A program made the translations under genes and the position numbers. Positions 52,993 through 62,506 of a stretch of 64,000 bases of DNA are shown one piece after another. Under the pieces are notes generated by a model. It saw nothing but the letters and a program-made list of their open reading frames with translations. It was not told the origin of the DNA and did no database searches. Numbering within the stretch: position 1 is the stretch's first letter; each line of letters begins with the position of its first letter. Source of the DNA: a virus (Duplodnaviria; Caudoviricetes); IMG/VR virus record IMGVR_UViG_3300037467_001237, positions 6,370-70,369 of that record; one strand, given 5' to 3'.

Positions 52993-54531
52993 TTAGAAGC
53001 TCACCGACGTGGTCGTGCGGTCGATGGAGACCGTCTGGCCCCCCTGCATGTTGACGAGGAAGAACTCGACGACGCTCTGGTAGGTGACCTGAATGTCGGC
53101 CTGCTCGTAGCCGAGGCTGACCCGCGAGAACGGGTTGTTGTTGGCGTCGAGCTGGACCTTCCAGGCGTTCGGGCCGTTGATGTCGCCGATGTAGCCTTGG
53201 CTCTGAAGGTTCGCGAAGAACGAGTCGAGCGTGACCTTGGCCCGGCGCTGCTGGCTCGCGGTCTGGAGCGTGCCGACATACTTGCCGATGCCCGCCGCGA
53301 TCGTGAACGCGATGAAGTTCGTCATTCTGGTGTAGTTGTCACCATGAATGGCGGCGTTCGACGAGGTGTTGCGGCCGTTGCGGCAGCCGAAGTACGAACC
53401 GCCCGGCACCGGGTTGCAGACCACGTCGATGCCGGCCTGGGCGAGCACCTGGAGTTCCGCGTTAGTGTAGGGCACGCCCGTGTAGGACTTCTGGGTGCCG
53501 ACGATCCCATAGAGCTGCTTGTTGAGCGTGCTCTGGTTCGGGGCGAGGTTGCCGAGGAGGCCGGCGACGAATGCCTGCGACGGCACGAGCCGGGTCTGGC
53601 CGTTGACGCTGTCGAGGAAGTACACGTAGTCGCCCAACATGAGCTTGAGCGCGTAGCTGTCGACGCCGGCCGTGGACTTCACGGAGACGGCGTTCGTGAT
53701 CGTGTCGCCCGACGGGCCGACCGCGACCATGTACATGCCCTCGCCGATGCCGAACGCGATCTGGGTCGCCCAGGTGGTCGAGTCCGACACGTCGGTGAGC
53801 ATGGCGACAGAGGCGCCGGACCCGCGCAGCGCGTACATGCCGGTCCGCGGCAGGCTGTCGACGCCGACCATCACCGAGGAGGTGATCGTGGTCACGCCGT
53901 CGGTGCCGCCGGTCAGGGTGTAGCTGGCGGTGGTCGGGGCGGTCGTGCCGGCGCCGGCCGTGGCGACCACGAGGTTCGACGGGCCGCGCAGGCCGGTGAG
54001 GCCGTTGTTGATCGCGCTGGCGATGTTCACCCACAGGGCGTTGCCGGTGCCGGTGATGTTGTCGAACACCTCGCCGACCTGGCCGGGGCGCGAGACCACG
54101 ACGCGGTAGCTACTGGCGGCCGAGCCCGGCCCGATCGACACCACGTCGCTGTTGGCGAGCGAGCCGGTGTATTTGGAGGTGATGGTCAGGCAGGTCGTCT
54201 GGATCGAAACAGTCGCGGCGACGTCGGTGCCGTCCGTCACGCGGACGAACTTCACGACCGGCTGCGTGCCCTGCTGGAAGATATTGAACACCGCGGTAGC
54301 GCCGTCATAGAGGCGCGCCTTCATCGGGCCGTAGGCCGCGGCGTGGGCAGCGTAGCTGCCGATGATGCCCGGAGAGCCGCCGACCTGACCCCACTGGGCG
54401 GTGCCGACAACGCCGATGACGTTGGTCGCGACGCCGTTGATCAGCAGTTGAGGCTGGACAATACTTACATATACATCGCTAACCTGGAGCGCGGCAGTGT
54501 TGATCTGCCCGTACTGGACAACCTGTCCCAT
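52993..54531 (-). CDS. Contractile tail sheath protein
   Basis: IGVVGTAQWG, LTGGTDG, ELQVLAQAGIDVV, RMTNFI. Confidence 0.9.
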   Translation of the reverse strand: MGQVVQYGQINTAALQVSDVYVSIVQPQLLINGVATNVIGVVGTAQWGQVGGSPGIIGSYAAHAAAYGPMKARLYDGATAVFNIFQQGTQPVVKFVRVTDGTDVAATVSIQTTCLTITSKYTGSLANSDVVSIGPGSAASSYRVVVSRPGQVGEVFDNITGTGNALWVNIASAINNGLTGLRGPSNLVVATAGAGTTAPTTASYTLTGGTDGVTTITSSVMVGVDSLPRTGMYALRGSGASVAMLTDVSDSTTWATQIAFGIGEGMYMVAVGPSGDTITNAVSVKSTAGVDSYALKLMLGDYVYFLDSVNGQTRLVPSQAFVAGLLGNLAPNQSTLNKQLYGIVGTQKSYTGVPYTNAELQVLAQAGIDVVCNPVPGGSYFGCRNGRNTSSNAAIHGDNYTRMTNFIAFTIAAGIGKYVGTLQTASQQRRAKVTLDSFFANLQSQGYIGDINGPNAWKVQLDANNNPFSRVSLGYEQADIQVTYQSVVEFFLVNMQGGQTVSIDRTTTSVSF

Positions 54532-54598
54532 GTTTGATCCTGGATATTGGAGGAATGGCGCGCGCGAGCCATTCCTCCATCCAGGAGGGGCCGCGACG

Positions 54599-55312
54599 CT
54601 ATAGGAGAAGTCCGCGTGAGCGGGCGAACTCGACTGGATCTTTGTCCTTCTTGCTCAAGTTGCAGAAGGAGCAGAGGATCTGGAGATTCGACTTGTCGTT
54701 GGATCCGCCCTTGCTAAGGGGCTGGATGTGATCAACGTGGAAGCCGTCGCGGACATCAGTCCCGCATGCGGCGCACCTGCCGCGCTGCGCCTTCAGGATC
54801 GCAGCAACGTCCTCGCCCGTGTGGCTGCCTGGGGCCGCCTTCTTCCGGGCTTTGTAACTTCGCGATAGCGCTCGACAGTGCAGGGCATTTGCCTCGCGCC
54901 AAGCCTTCGTTGTTAGCGTGTATTTCTCTTTGTTTTGGTGCCACCGCTCGCGAGTGGCTTTTGTGCGCTTTTCTTTGTGTTTGTAATAATCTTTTAGCGC
55001 CTGCGCACGATTTATTTCAGGATGAGCCTTGTACCACGCCGAACTCAATGCGTTGTACTTTTCTCTGCGCTCTCGAAAGTACGCGGCCCGATAAGCCTTC
55101 ATGCGCTCGGCATTGGCTTCTTCATATCGCTTATTGGCCGCTTGCTTGGCCTCGCGATTTTCGGCGTACCATCGACGCCCGCGCTCTCTGTTGCAGGCGA
55201 TGCAACTGGGATGACCGTGATCTCGCCCCCTGTGTCGACCAAACTCGATGAGAGGCTTGACCTCGCCACACTTTGTGCAGCGCTTTTCCGTGATAGAGTC
55301 GTCAACAGCCAT
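54599..55312 (-). CDS. HNH endonuclease
   Basis: CTKCGEVKP, CIAC, CAACG, FHVDHIQPLSKGGSNDKSNLQILCSFCNLSK. Confidence 0.9.
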   Translation of the reverse strand: MAVDDSITEKRCTKCGEVKPLIEFGRHRGRDHGHPSCIACNRERGRRWYAENREAKQAANKRYEEANAERMKAYRAAYFRERREKYNALSSAWYKAHPEINRAQALKDYYKHKEKRTKATRERWHQNKEKYTLTTKAWREANALHCRALSRSYKARKKAAPGSHTGEDVAAILKAQRGRCAACGTDVRDGFHVDHIQPLSKGGSNDKSNLQILCSFCNLSKKDKDPVEFARSRGLLL

Positions 55313-55419
55313 CGCCCGCAGCTCCATGCGTGCCTTGGTTAGAGGGCCGCACGGTGTCGCAAGCACCAAGTGGCCCTCGCCTATTCTAGGCTAAGGCACT
55401 CGGTTCGCAAGCAGAGTTG

Positions 55420-55913
55420 CTAGTGGCTGGCGACGCGGATCTCGACCGCGAGCTTGCCCCTGCAGAGCGCCTCATGGGTGTTCTGCGGAATGTCGAGGTT
55501 CACCCGGTAGCCTTCCATGGCGAAGGCCGCCAGCGCGCCGGGGGCGACGCGGTCGATCATGCCGGGCAAGCGCTCGCCGCGCAGGATGCCCTTGCCGGAG
55601 ATGGCTCCGGCGATGACCTGGCCGACCCGGTGGCGCACGCGCAGCGGCACGGCCGGATCGACGTGGCCCATCACGGGCTCCTCATCGTCGGCCCAAGGGC
55701 TCTGGATCGTGGTCCGGGTGGCCGACATCAGCGCTTGTCGGCCTCGACGGCCGGAGCGGCGGCCTCGGCAGCGGCGTGCGTGCCAGCCGCGACCTTGATC
55801 ACATGATGCGCATGCTCGGAGGCCAGAACCTCCTTGATCTTGGCCTCATCGACGATGGCGTCGCCCTTGGCGTAGGGGCCGAAGGCGTGGAGGACGGTCA
55901 GTTCGATGGACAT
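55420..55913 (-). CDS. Two small virion-region ORFs (55420-55728, 55728-55913)
   Basis: Coupled ORFs in the head-tail region. Confidence 0.55.
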
Positions 55914-55920
55914 GGAAGCC

Positions 55921-56763
55921 TCAAGAGTGTGTGGTTACAGGAGGCGCCGCGCCGGGGACTTGGCTGCCCGTGAATTTGTCGACGACGTCGATGATCTCGG
56001 TCGCCGCGATGACTTCTGTGGTGGGATATTCGACCCAGTAGAACAGGTCCCGCCGCCAGAGCACCTCCTTCTGGGTGGCATCGTCCGAGGTGGTCCGCTC
56101 GTAGCGCACCAGCCCCGAGGAGCCGTCCGGAAGGCTGATGAAGTTCAGGATCGCCATCGCGGTATCGACGACCTTGGCGACCGCGTCCCGGTTGGCCGGC
56201 GACGAACACCAGAGGGTGACCTGGACCGACTTGTTCTGGCGCCGCAGCTCGCGGATCGCGGTGCCGGCGCCGCCGATGCGGGCGAAGCTGAAGCCGCCGG
56301 GCGCGGTCAGGACCGGGCCCGCGGCCGAGCAGGCGACACCCTTGGCGCTCAATAGGGCCTGGATTGCGCTGGCGAGGCCGCTGAGCGTGTCCGAGGCTTG
56401 GACGGCGTAGACCACCGGGTCGAAGCCTGGAGCCCGCACAGCGACGTTCTGAGGCGTCGATATCGCGCCCCCGAACGTGCAGGTCGTGCCCGACACGGTC
56501 GCGGTGATCGTGTGGACGGGCTGTGTCAGCGTCTCCCACTCGCGGGGATAGCGCGTCACAACCTGCTCGACGCCGTTGCGCGCGAAGACGGAGACGTTGG
56601 AGATGCCCTGCGCGAGATCCTTGTCGAGCTGCGCCGCGTTCGGCCAGCCGCGATAGACCCGGCAGGGCATGCCGGCAGCCGAGGGCTGGCCGGTGCCGTT
56701 CGGGTAGAGCGCGCCGGAGATCACGCCGACGAGCGTGTCGAGAACCTGGGACTCGTCCGCCAT
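55921..56763 (-). CDS. Tail terminator/completion protein
   Basis: Synteny between head closure and sheath. Confidence 0.6.
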   Translation of the reverse strand: MADESQVLDTLVGVISGALYPNGTGQPSAAGMPCRVYRGWPNAAQLDKDLAQGISNVSVFARNGVEQVVTRYPREWETLTQPVHTITATVSGTTCTFGGAISTPQNVAVRAPGFDPVVYAVQASDTLSGLASAIQALLSAKGVACSAAGPVLTAPGGFSFARIGGAGTAIRELRRQNKSVQVTLWCSSPANRDAVAKVVDTAMAILNFISLPDGSSGLVRYERTTSDDATQKEVLWRRDLFYWVEYPTTEVIAATEIIDVVDKFTGSQVPGAAPPVTTHS

Positions 56764-56766
56764 GGC

Positions 56767-57432
56767 TTAGGTCTCCGCCTGGCGGGTGACGAGGTTCCAG
56801 CCCTGATCGGTCAACTCAGCCGACGAGATGATGAACCGGCGCCCGATGCTGTCGACGATGATGTCCGAGGAGCGGAGCAACGTGCCCTCAAGGGATGGCA
56901 TGTAGATCGTGTAGCCCGGCGTGCGGACGTCGCCCGGTAGGTTGACCTCCGAGCCCTCGCCGCGCGCCTTGACCGACAGGATCGCCGCCGGCCAGCCGCC
57001 GGTCATCACGCCGACCTCGGTTGCCGGCACCGAGCCGCCGTAGGGCTGCGCACCGAACCCGGCCACAGGGGCGGGGCGGGTCACGTTGACGGCTTGCGTC
57101 GCGCGGATCGCGCGCGGCGGCAGGAGCGGATCGAGCGCGATGATGAAGTAGGTGCCCCAGTCGGGGCTCACGAAGATGTCGCTCACCGCCAGGCCGGTCA
57201 TGTCGGCCATGCAGTGATAGTCGGGCACCTCGCGGTCGTTGCTGCGATTGAAATTAAAATCTTGCGTGGTCGCCGACGTGAAGGTCGCGGGCAGCGCCGC
57301 GCCGATGATGTTGGCCGGGTCGAGCGGGTTTTCCGGGCCGGAGGGGCGGTAGACCGCGAAGTGGTAGCCGAGCCGGGACGCCGCCAGGCCGTAGCCCCTG
57401 TAAATCTTTGCTTGGATCGCGGCCGCGTCCAT
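56767..57432 (-). CDS. Head closure-like protein
   Basis: Synteny; LLRSSDIIVDSIGRRFII. Confidence 0.6.
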   Translation of the reverse strand: MDAAAIQAKIYRGYGLAASRLGYHFAVYRPSGPENPLDPANIIGAALPATFTSATTQDFNFNRSNDREVPDYHCMADMTGLAVSDIFVSPDWGTYFIIALDPLLPPRAIRATQAVNVTRPAPVAGFGAQPYGGSVPATEVGVMTGGWPAAILSVKARGEGSEVNLPGDVRTPGYTIYMPSLEGTLLRSSDIIVDSIGRRFIISSAELTDQGWNLVTRQAET

Positions 57433-57830
57433 CAGACCACGAGCCTCACGTTCGCGCTCGAGCCGCGCAGGTCGGGGCCGGGCGGCATGCCTAGGAAGCC
57501 GCACAGCCGGCGGCGCCAGCTATCGAAAAGGACAGCCCGGTCGCGGACCTCGTCCTTGTTGTGCTTCCAGACCGAGGCTTGGTCGGTGTCGAGATTGGCG
57601 CCCGCGGCCGGGATCGCGGCCTCGAGCGAGCGCAGCGTGCCCAGATAGGTCTGGACGACGGTGGCCTCGGTCGCGGTCAACTGGAGGACGCGCGCCTCAA
57701 AGGCTTGGTACTCGGAAAACCACCACGGGTACGGGTAGATGATCGCGCCCGTGCCGTAGGCGGGGTAGCCGCAGAAGCGCCGGATATCGACGACGTCGCT
57801 GTCCTGAAAGCTGAAGGCCGGCGCAGTCAT
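57432..57830 (-). CDS. Head-tail connector-like protein
   Basis: DIRRFCGYP; synteny. Confidence 0.6.
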   Translation of the reverse strand: MTAPAFSFQDSDVVDIRRFCGYPAYGTGAIIYPYPWWFSEYQAFEARVLQLTATEATVVQTYLGTLRSLEAAIPAAGANLDTDQASVWKHNKDEVRDRAVLFDSWRRRLCGFLGMPPGPDLRGSSANVRLVV

Positions 57831-57834
57831 CGGA

Positions 57835-58047
57835 TCAGTCCATGATGTCGTAGGTGGCGCCGCGCGCGATCAGCAGCGCGATCTGCTCGGGATCCTCGAC
57901 CTGGACGCCAGCATGCCAGTAGCGATGCGTGCCTTCGTCGTCGATGAACCCGTGCGGGTCGATGATCTTGATGCGCTCCGGCAAGTCATTGTCGACCACC
58001 GGCTCGGTTTCTTCAGGCCGCTGACGCTTCGTTCGTGCTTTGGCCAT
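57835..58047 (-). CDS. Small hypothetical head-region protein
   Basis: Overlaps the HNH stop region. Confidence 0.5.
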   Translation of the reverse strand: MAKARTKRQRPEETEPVVDNDLPERIKIIDPHGFIDDEGTHRYWHAGVQVEDPEQIALLIARGATYDIMD

Positions 58048-58768
58048 GCCCCAACTCCTCGCAATTCAGGCGCGCGCGCTCCCGAATGGCCGCAGCGCGC
58101 TCGGGGCAGAATTGTTCGACGGTTTTTGTCTTCTTCGCCTTGTTGCAGTAGTCGCAAGCCGGCGCGAGATTGCTCACGGCGTGCTTGCCGCCGCGTGAAA
58201 TTGGATCGATGTGCTCGATCGTGAGCTTGCCCGTCTTATCGCAATAGCAGCACTTGCTGCCGAACAGGTCTACGATGATGAGCCAGGTCTCTCCAGTTAT
58301 AACCTCGCCGCCGCTGCCCTTCTCGACGGTGCGGCGATACCTTGAGAGATCGCGCAGGTATTGCTTGCGCTCCGGCTTGGCGTAGTGCTTTTCGTGATAG
58401 GCGCGGACGCGATCGGGGTTGGCCTCGGCCCACGCCTTGCGATACTCGCGCGTTCGGACCGGGTTGGCCGCCTGCCATGCCGCTAGCCGAGCAAGCTCCT
58501 GATCCCGGTTTTTCTCAAAGTAAGCGCGCGTTCTTTCACGATGCCTGGCGATCCGCTCTGGCTTCTGATCCTGTTTTCGGTCAGCCGCGGCCTTCTTCTC
58601 CGGGTTGGCTTTCTGCCACTCTACCGCTTTCGACTTCGTACACGGCTTGCAGTATGACTGAAAGCCGTCAGTTACGCGCTTGCCCGCGTGGCGGTAGAAG
58701 TGCTCCAGTGTGGCCGGGAGCCATCCGTCGCAACGCGGGCAGCGTTTCTTTCCGTCTACAATTGCCAT
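58013..58768 (-). CDS. HNH endonuclease
   Basis: CPRC, YCKPC, CCYCDK, IEHIDPISRGGKHAVSNLAPACDYCNKAK. Confidence 0.9.
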   Translation of the reverse strand: MAIVDGKKRCPRCDGWLPATLEHFYRHAGKRVTDGFQSYCKPCTKSKAVEWQKANPEKKAAADRKQDQKPERIARHRERTRAYFEKNRDQELARLAAWQAANPVRTREYRKAWAEANPDRVRAYHEKHYAKPERKQYLRDLSRYRRTVEKGSGGEVITGETWLIIVDLFGSKCCYCDKTGKLTIEHIDPISRGGKHAVSNLAPACDYCNKAKKTKTVEQFCPERAAAIRERARLNCEELGHGQSTNEASAA

Positions 58769-58821
58769 GCGCTAGAAACTCCCGTTTACGGTGATTCTAG
58801 CGCATGGCTTTACTCGGTCAA
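58764..58821 (-). promoter_or_regulatory. RBS/AUG-sequestering hairpin plus internal promoter of the HNH gene
   Basis: 14-bp perfect inverted repeat 58764-58777 / 58795-58808; TTGACC-N16-TAGAAT with the -10 overlapping the 5' arm. Confidence 0.75.
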
Positions 58822-58825
58822 TAGC

Positions 58826-60244
58826 TTACAAGCTTTCGAGGATACACGCGCGCTTCAGCGCAGCATTCGAGGCGGTCGGGAGCACGGTCGGGTTGGCGGT
58901 CGTGTCCGTCGGGGCGACGAAGCCGCCGATGTAGCTCCAGGTCTGGGTGACGACCTGCTTGAGCGCGTCGATCGGCTCACGGGTAACGTGGGCGATGTCG
59001 TCCACCACCGTGGTCAGGTTGCCGTCGTCCACCTGGTTGGCCGCCTCGTAGGCGGTGCGGGTGAACACGCCCTCGACCAGCGCGCCCTGGCCGCAGAGGA
59101 TCGCGCGACGGACGGTGCCGACGTTGGCGAGGCTCTGGACCGGGTTCATGTTGGTGATGCGCAGCGACACGCCGAGCAGCTCGGCGATGGCGCCGCGACG
59201 GTACTCCTCGCTGTCCGGACGACCGCGGAAGAACGACTGGAAGACCGGGTCGCCGTAGAGGCCGGTCATGTGGATCGGGTCCGCGTAGCACTCGTACAGG
59301 CCACTCGCCTCGCTGGGCGGGACGTTGTTGGCTTCGAGCTGCGCCTTGGCGGCCAGGATCTGCTGGATCGTGAGCTTGCCGTTGTTGACGCAGTTCGCCG
59401 ACGAGATCGCGGCGGTGGTGGCGACCGGGGTCTGGTTCGAGGACAGGGCCGGGCGCAGGATCGCCGGGGCGACCGAGGAGATGACCGCGTTGCCGACGGT
59501 GGCGTCAGCGACGGTCACGTTCGTCGCGAAGGTCAGGGTGCCGGAGTAGCCGCCGGGGGTGGTCGAGGTGTTGGACGACGTGCCCGAGAAGGACATGAAC
59601 GCCGCGAGGTAGTAGGGCAGCGTGGCCGGGGCCGCGCCGTCGGCGACCGCGCCGATCAGGCTGTAGCCGGTGCCGTTGATCGACACGACGACCTGGTTGG
59701 ACGAGGACACGGAGACCGGCTGACCCTTGCTGTTGAGGGTCGAGATGAAGCCGCGGATGTCGTCGACCTTCACGGCGGTGCCGGCCGAGCCGAGGGTGGT
59801 GGTGACGCGGGTGTTGCCGCCCATGTAGGCGTTGAACAGCGCCTGCTGGGCGATCGTGTCGACCGAGCGGGCGGCCTGCTCGCCGAGCGTGTAGGCGTTG
59901 CGCATGAACAGGCTCGCGATGGCGACCTTGGAGGTCGCGACGTTGAGCATCATGTTGGCGCTGTACTGGTCGATCCCGAGGATGAACTGCTCGACCGAGT
60001 AGTTCTGCGGGGTCAGGCCCGAGGTCAGGTCGGTGTTCGACGCGACGCTCATCGGGGCGGTGACGGCCGGCAGCAGGCCCGTGCGGGTCTTGGTCAGGGT
60101 CTCGCCGATGCCGGCGTCGAAGGGCTCGCGGTCGGCGATCAGGCGGAAGCCGAGCCGGGCGGTCAGGGCATCGCGGAAGCGACGCTCCAGGAAGCCCTGC
60201 TGGATGACCGAGGCGATCGAGGACGGAAGGTTGTTGATCGACAT
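58826..60244 (-). CDS. Major capsid protein
   Basis: 472 aa after the scaffold; IQQGFLER, GETLTKTR; typical position. Confidence 0.8.
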   Translation of the reverse strand: MSINNLPSSIASVIQQGFLERRFRDALTARLGFRLIADREPFDAGIGETLTKTRTGLLPAVTAPMSVASNTDLTSGLTPQNYSVEQFILGIDQYSANMMLNVATSKVAIASLFMRNAYTLGEQAARSVDTIAQQALFNAYMGGNTRVTTTLGSAGTAVKVDDIRGFISTLNSKGQPVSVSSSNQVVVSINGTGYSLIGAVADGAAPATLPYYLAAFMSFSGTSSNTSTTPGGYSGTLTFATNVTVADATVGNAVISSVAPAILRPALSSNQTPVATTAAISSANCVNNGKLTIQQILAAKAQLEANNVPPSEASGLYECYADPIHMTGLYGDPVFQSFFRGRPDSEEYRRGAIAELLGVSLRITNMNPVQSLANVGTVRRAILCGQGALVEGVFTRTAYEAANQVDDGNLTTVVDDIAHVTREPIDALKQVVTQTWSYIGGFVAPTDTTANPTVLPTASNAALKRACILESL

Positions 60245-60327
60245 AGATTCAGAAGTCCTGAATGTTTCTGGAAGTTGTTGGGGCGCCCTCAGCCATCAGG
60301 ACTTCTGGGCCATAGATCTTCTGACGC

Positions 60328-60912
60328 TTAGACAGGGCGACCGGCTTCGATGGCCTTGAGCGCCGCCTTGTATTCGGCGTCGGACATCTCGGACGCCTTC
60401 TTCGGTCCGGACGCGGACTTCGGGGGCGGAGGCGTCTGCGTGCTGCTCGTGCCCACGGGGGCGCCGAACAGGTACGGCTTGGCCGCCTTCAGGTCGGCCA
60501 TGAGGGCATCGGCGCCCTGGACCTCGCCACTCTCATCGAGCGTGACCTTCGTGAGGTCGGCGAGCTTCAGGCCGTCGAGATCGACCATGCCGGCCTTCAG
60601 GGCGGCGGCCTTGAGTTCGGCGCGGACCACGCGGTCGTTGGCGCGCTTCTCGGCGTCGGCAGCCTTGTCGGCGGCCTCTTTCTGGGCGGCGGCCACAGCT
60701 TCGTCGCGCGCCTTCTCGGCGGCGGCCTTGGCCTCGGCGGCGGCCTTGGCCGCGTTGTCCGCCTCGTTGTGCTTCAGGCGCCAGTCCTTCGCCTCGGACC
60801 GGAGGAGCTGGACGTACTCGTAGGGGAACGTCTTGGGCTCTGCGGCCGGGGCAGCGGGCACGGGTGCGGGCGCCGCCGGCTGAGCCGGGGCGTTCGGGGG
60901 CACTTCAGGCAT
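60328..60912 (-). CDS. Capsid scaffolding protein
   Basis: LRSEAKDWR, Ala/Lys coiled coil, AAKPYLFG. Confidence 0.8.
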   Translation of the reverse strand: MPEVPPNAPAQPAAPAPVPAAPAAEPKTFPYEYVQLLRSEAKDWRLKHNEADNAAKAAAEAKAAAEKARDEAVAAAQKEAADKAADAEKRANDRVVRAELKAAALKAGMVDLDGLKLADLTKVTLDESGEVQGADALMADLKAAKPYLFGAPVGTSSTQTPPPPKSASGPKKASEMSDAEYKAALKAIEAGRPV

Positions 60913-60949
60913 CAGTCCTCGGGGATTTTAGGCCGCCTCGGCGGCAGGT

Positions 60950-62506
60950 TTAGACGTCGTTGTTGCGGACCTGTCCGGCGCCCTTCAAGGTTGCCAGCAG
61001 CGCAATTTCCGACCGCTCATCGGCCGTAATCTTGGTGAGTTCGGCCTGAACATCCTCGACGTCGTACATGCCGGCGATCGTCTTGATCGCAGTCTCGCGC
61101 GACATCGTGTGCGACTTGCGGTGCTCCGACACGGTGATGGCCGTGTCCTTGCGATCCGAGTAGGTCGGCGGGAACCAGGGCGCCCATTTCAGCGCCATGG
61201 CGCCGTTCGGGTCGAACTGGCCGAGCAACTCGCCGCCGACGATCAGCGGGAACTTCTCGTTGGCCCGCAGCGCCATCCGGTAGAGCGCGAGCAAGGCGCC
61301 CTCGCCGTAGGTCGAGCGCATCTTCTCCGCGAGCCAGATCAGCGCCTGATTGAGCAACTCCATCGCCCGGCCCGACTGGGCGGCCGACAGCTTCTCGGGG
61401 CTCGCGCGGTTGCCGTGGATCGCCTCGAGGGCGGTCTCACGCAACTGGCGCACGAAATCGAGCATCGTGCTGAAGCCCGCCCCGCTCGTCTCCAGGAGCT
61501 TGGCGTCACCCTTCTCCGAGGTGATCAGGGCGTTCGAGGGCGATTTGACCACCTCCCCGGCGCCGTCGACCTGTGCGGCCGGCTCTTTCAGGAGCAGGAT
61601 CGGGTCCATGCTGTACTTGAGGCCGCGCCCGCCCTGGCTGAGCAGGTAGTCGATCTCCATCACGGTCTCGATCGCCGCCGCGAAGGTGCAGAGGCCATCG
61701 ACATCCGAATAGCGCATCGCCGTCGCGGTCGAGACGCCCGGCTCGCAGACGAGCTTCAGGCGGCCCGGGAGGTTCTTGATCCACACCCACGGGCAGAACC
61801 CGAGGTCGTGCTTGACGGTGCGCGCTTCGTCCACCGTCTCTGGCTTCGGTTGCGCCGCATCATCCTGGACGACCGGCCAGGGCTGATACCAAGTCTCGGC
61901 CTTGGCATCCCAGTCGCGGCCGAACCAGAAATCTGCGCGCAGCGCATCGTCGGGGATCGCGTACCCGTGATCGCGCAGGTCCGATCCCTTGACCTTGTAG
62001 CGCTCGCGGATCTTGACCAAGACGTCGGGGGCGTTCTTGGCGTAGACCGGCGTCAGGAACTCGGTCGAATGGACCTCAAAGAAGGCCCGGAACGTCTTGC
62101 TGGCGTCGTCCTGCGGCAGGATCCGCATCTGGACGGCGACCGAGCCGACCGCGCCACGGGTCGCGGCGTCGAGCATCACGTCGTTGAGGTGGCTATCCTT
62201 GGCGAGCTTGAGCAGCGCCGCCTCAAAGTCGGCCTCGTCGCCGCAATCGACCTTCGGAAACCGCCCCTCGCCGAACAGCAGCGACACCGTGTCGTCGACC
62301 ACCACGCGGCACAGGTTGGTCTTCACGCACGGCCGGCGCTTGCGCAGCGGCACGTACTCGTCGGACCCGCCCTTCTCCTCGTGGAAGGCGTACTGGAGGT
62401 GATCGTAGATCGCGCCTTCCAGCACCCGATTGTAGATGTCGATCGTGTACTGGCGCTCCGGGTAATCTCGATCCCGAGACAGGCCGCCGATAATCGTTCT
62501 GAACAT
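60950..62506 (-). CDS. Portal protein
   Basis: 518 aa following the terminase; VVDDTVSLLFGEG, AQSGRAM. Confidence 0.8.
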   Translation of the reverse strand: MFRTIIGGLSRDRDYPERQYTIDIYNRVLEGAIYDHLQYAFHEEKGGSDEYVPLRKRRPCVKTNLCRVVVDDTVSLLFGEGRFPKVDCGDEADFEAALLKLAKDSHLNDVMLDAATRGAVGSVAVQMRILPQDDASKTFRAFFEVHSTEFLTPVYAKNAPDVLVKIRERYKVKGSDLRDHGYAIPDDALRADFWFGRDWDAKAETWYQPWPVVQDDAAQPKPETVDEARTVKHDLGFCPWVWIKNLPGRLKLVCEPGVSTATAMRYSDVDGLCTFAAAIETVMEIDYLLSQGGRGLKYSMDPILLLKEPAAQVDGAGEVVKSPSNALITSEKGDAKLLETSGAGFSTMLDFVRQLRETALEAIHGNRASPEKLSAAQSGRAMELLNQALIWLAEKMRSTYGEGALLALYRMALRANEKFPLIVGGELLGQFDPNGAMALKWAPWFPPTYSDRKDTAITVSEHRKSHTMSRETAIKTIAGMYDVEDVQAELTKITADERSEIALLATLKGAGQVRNNDV

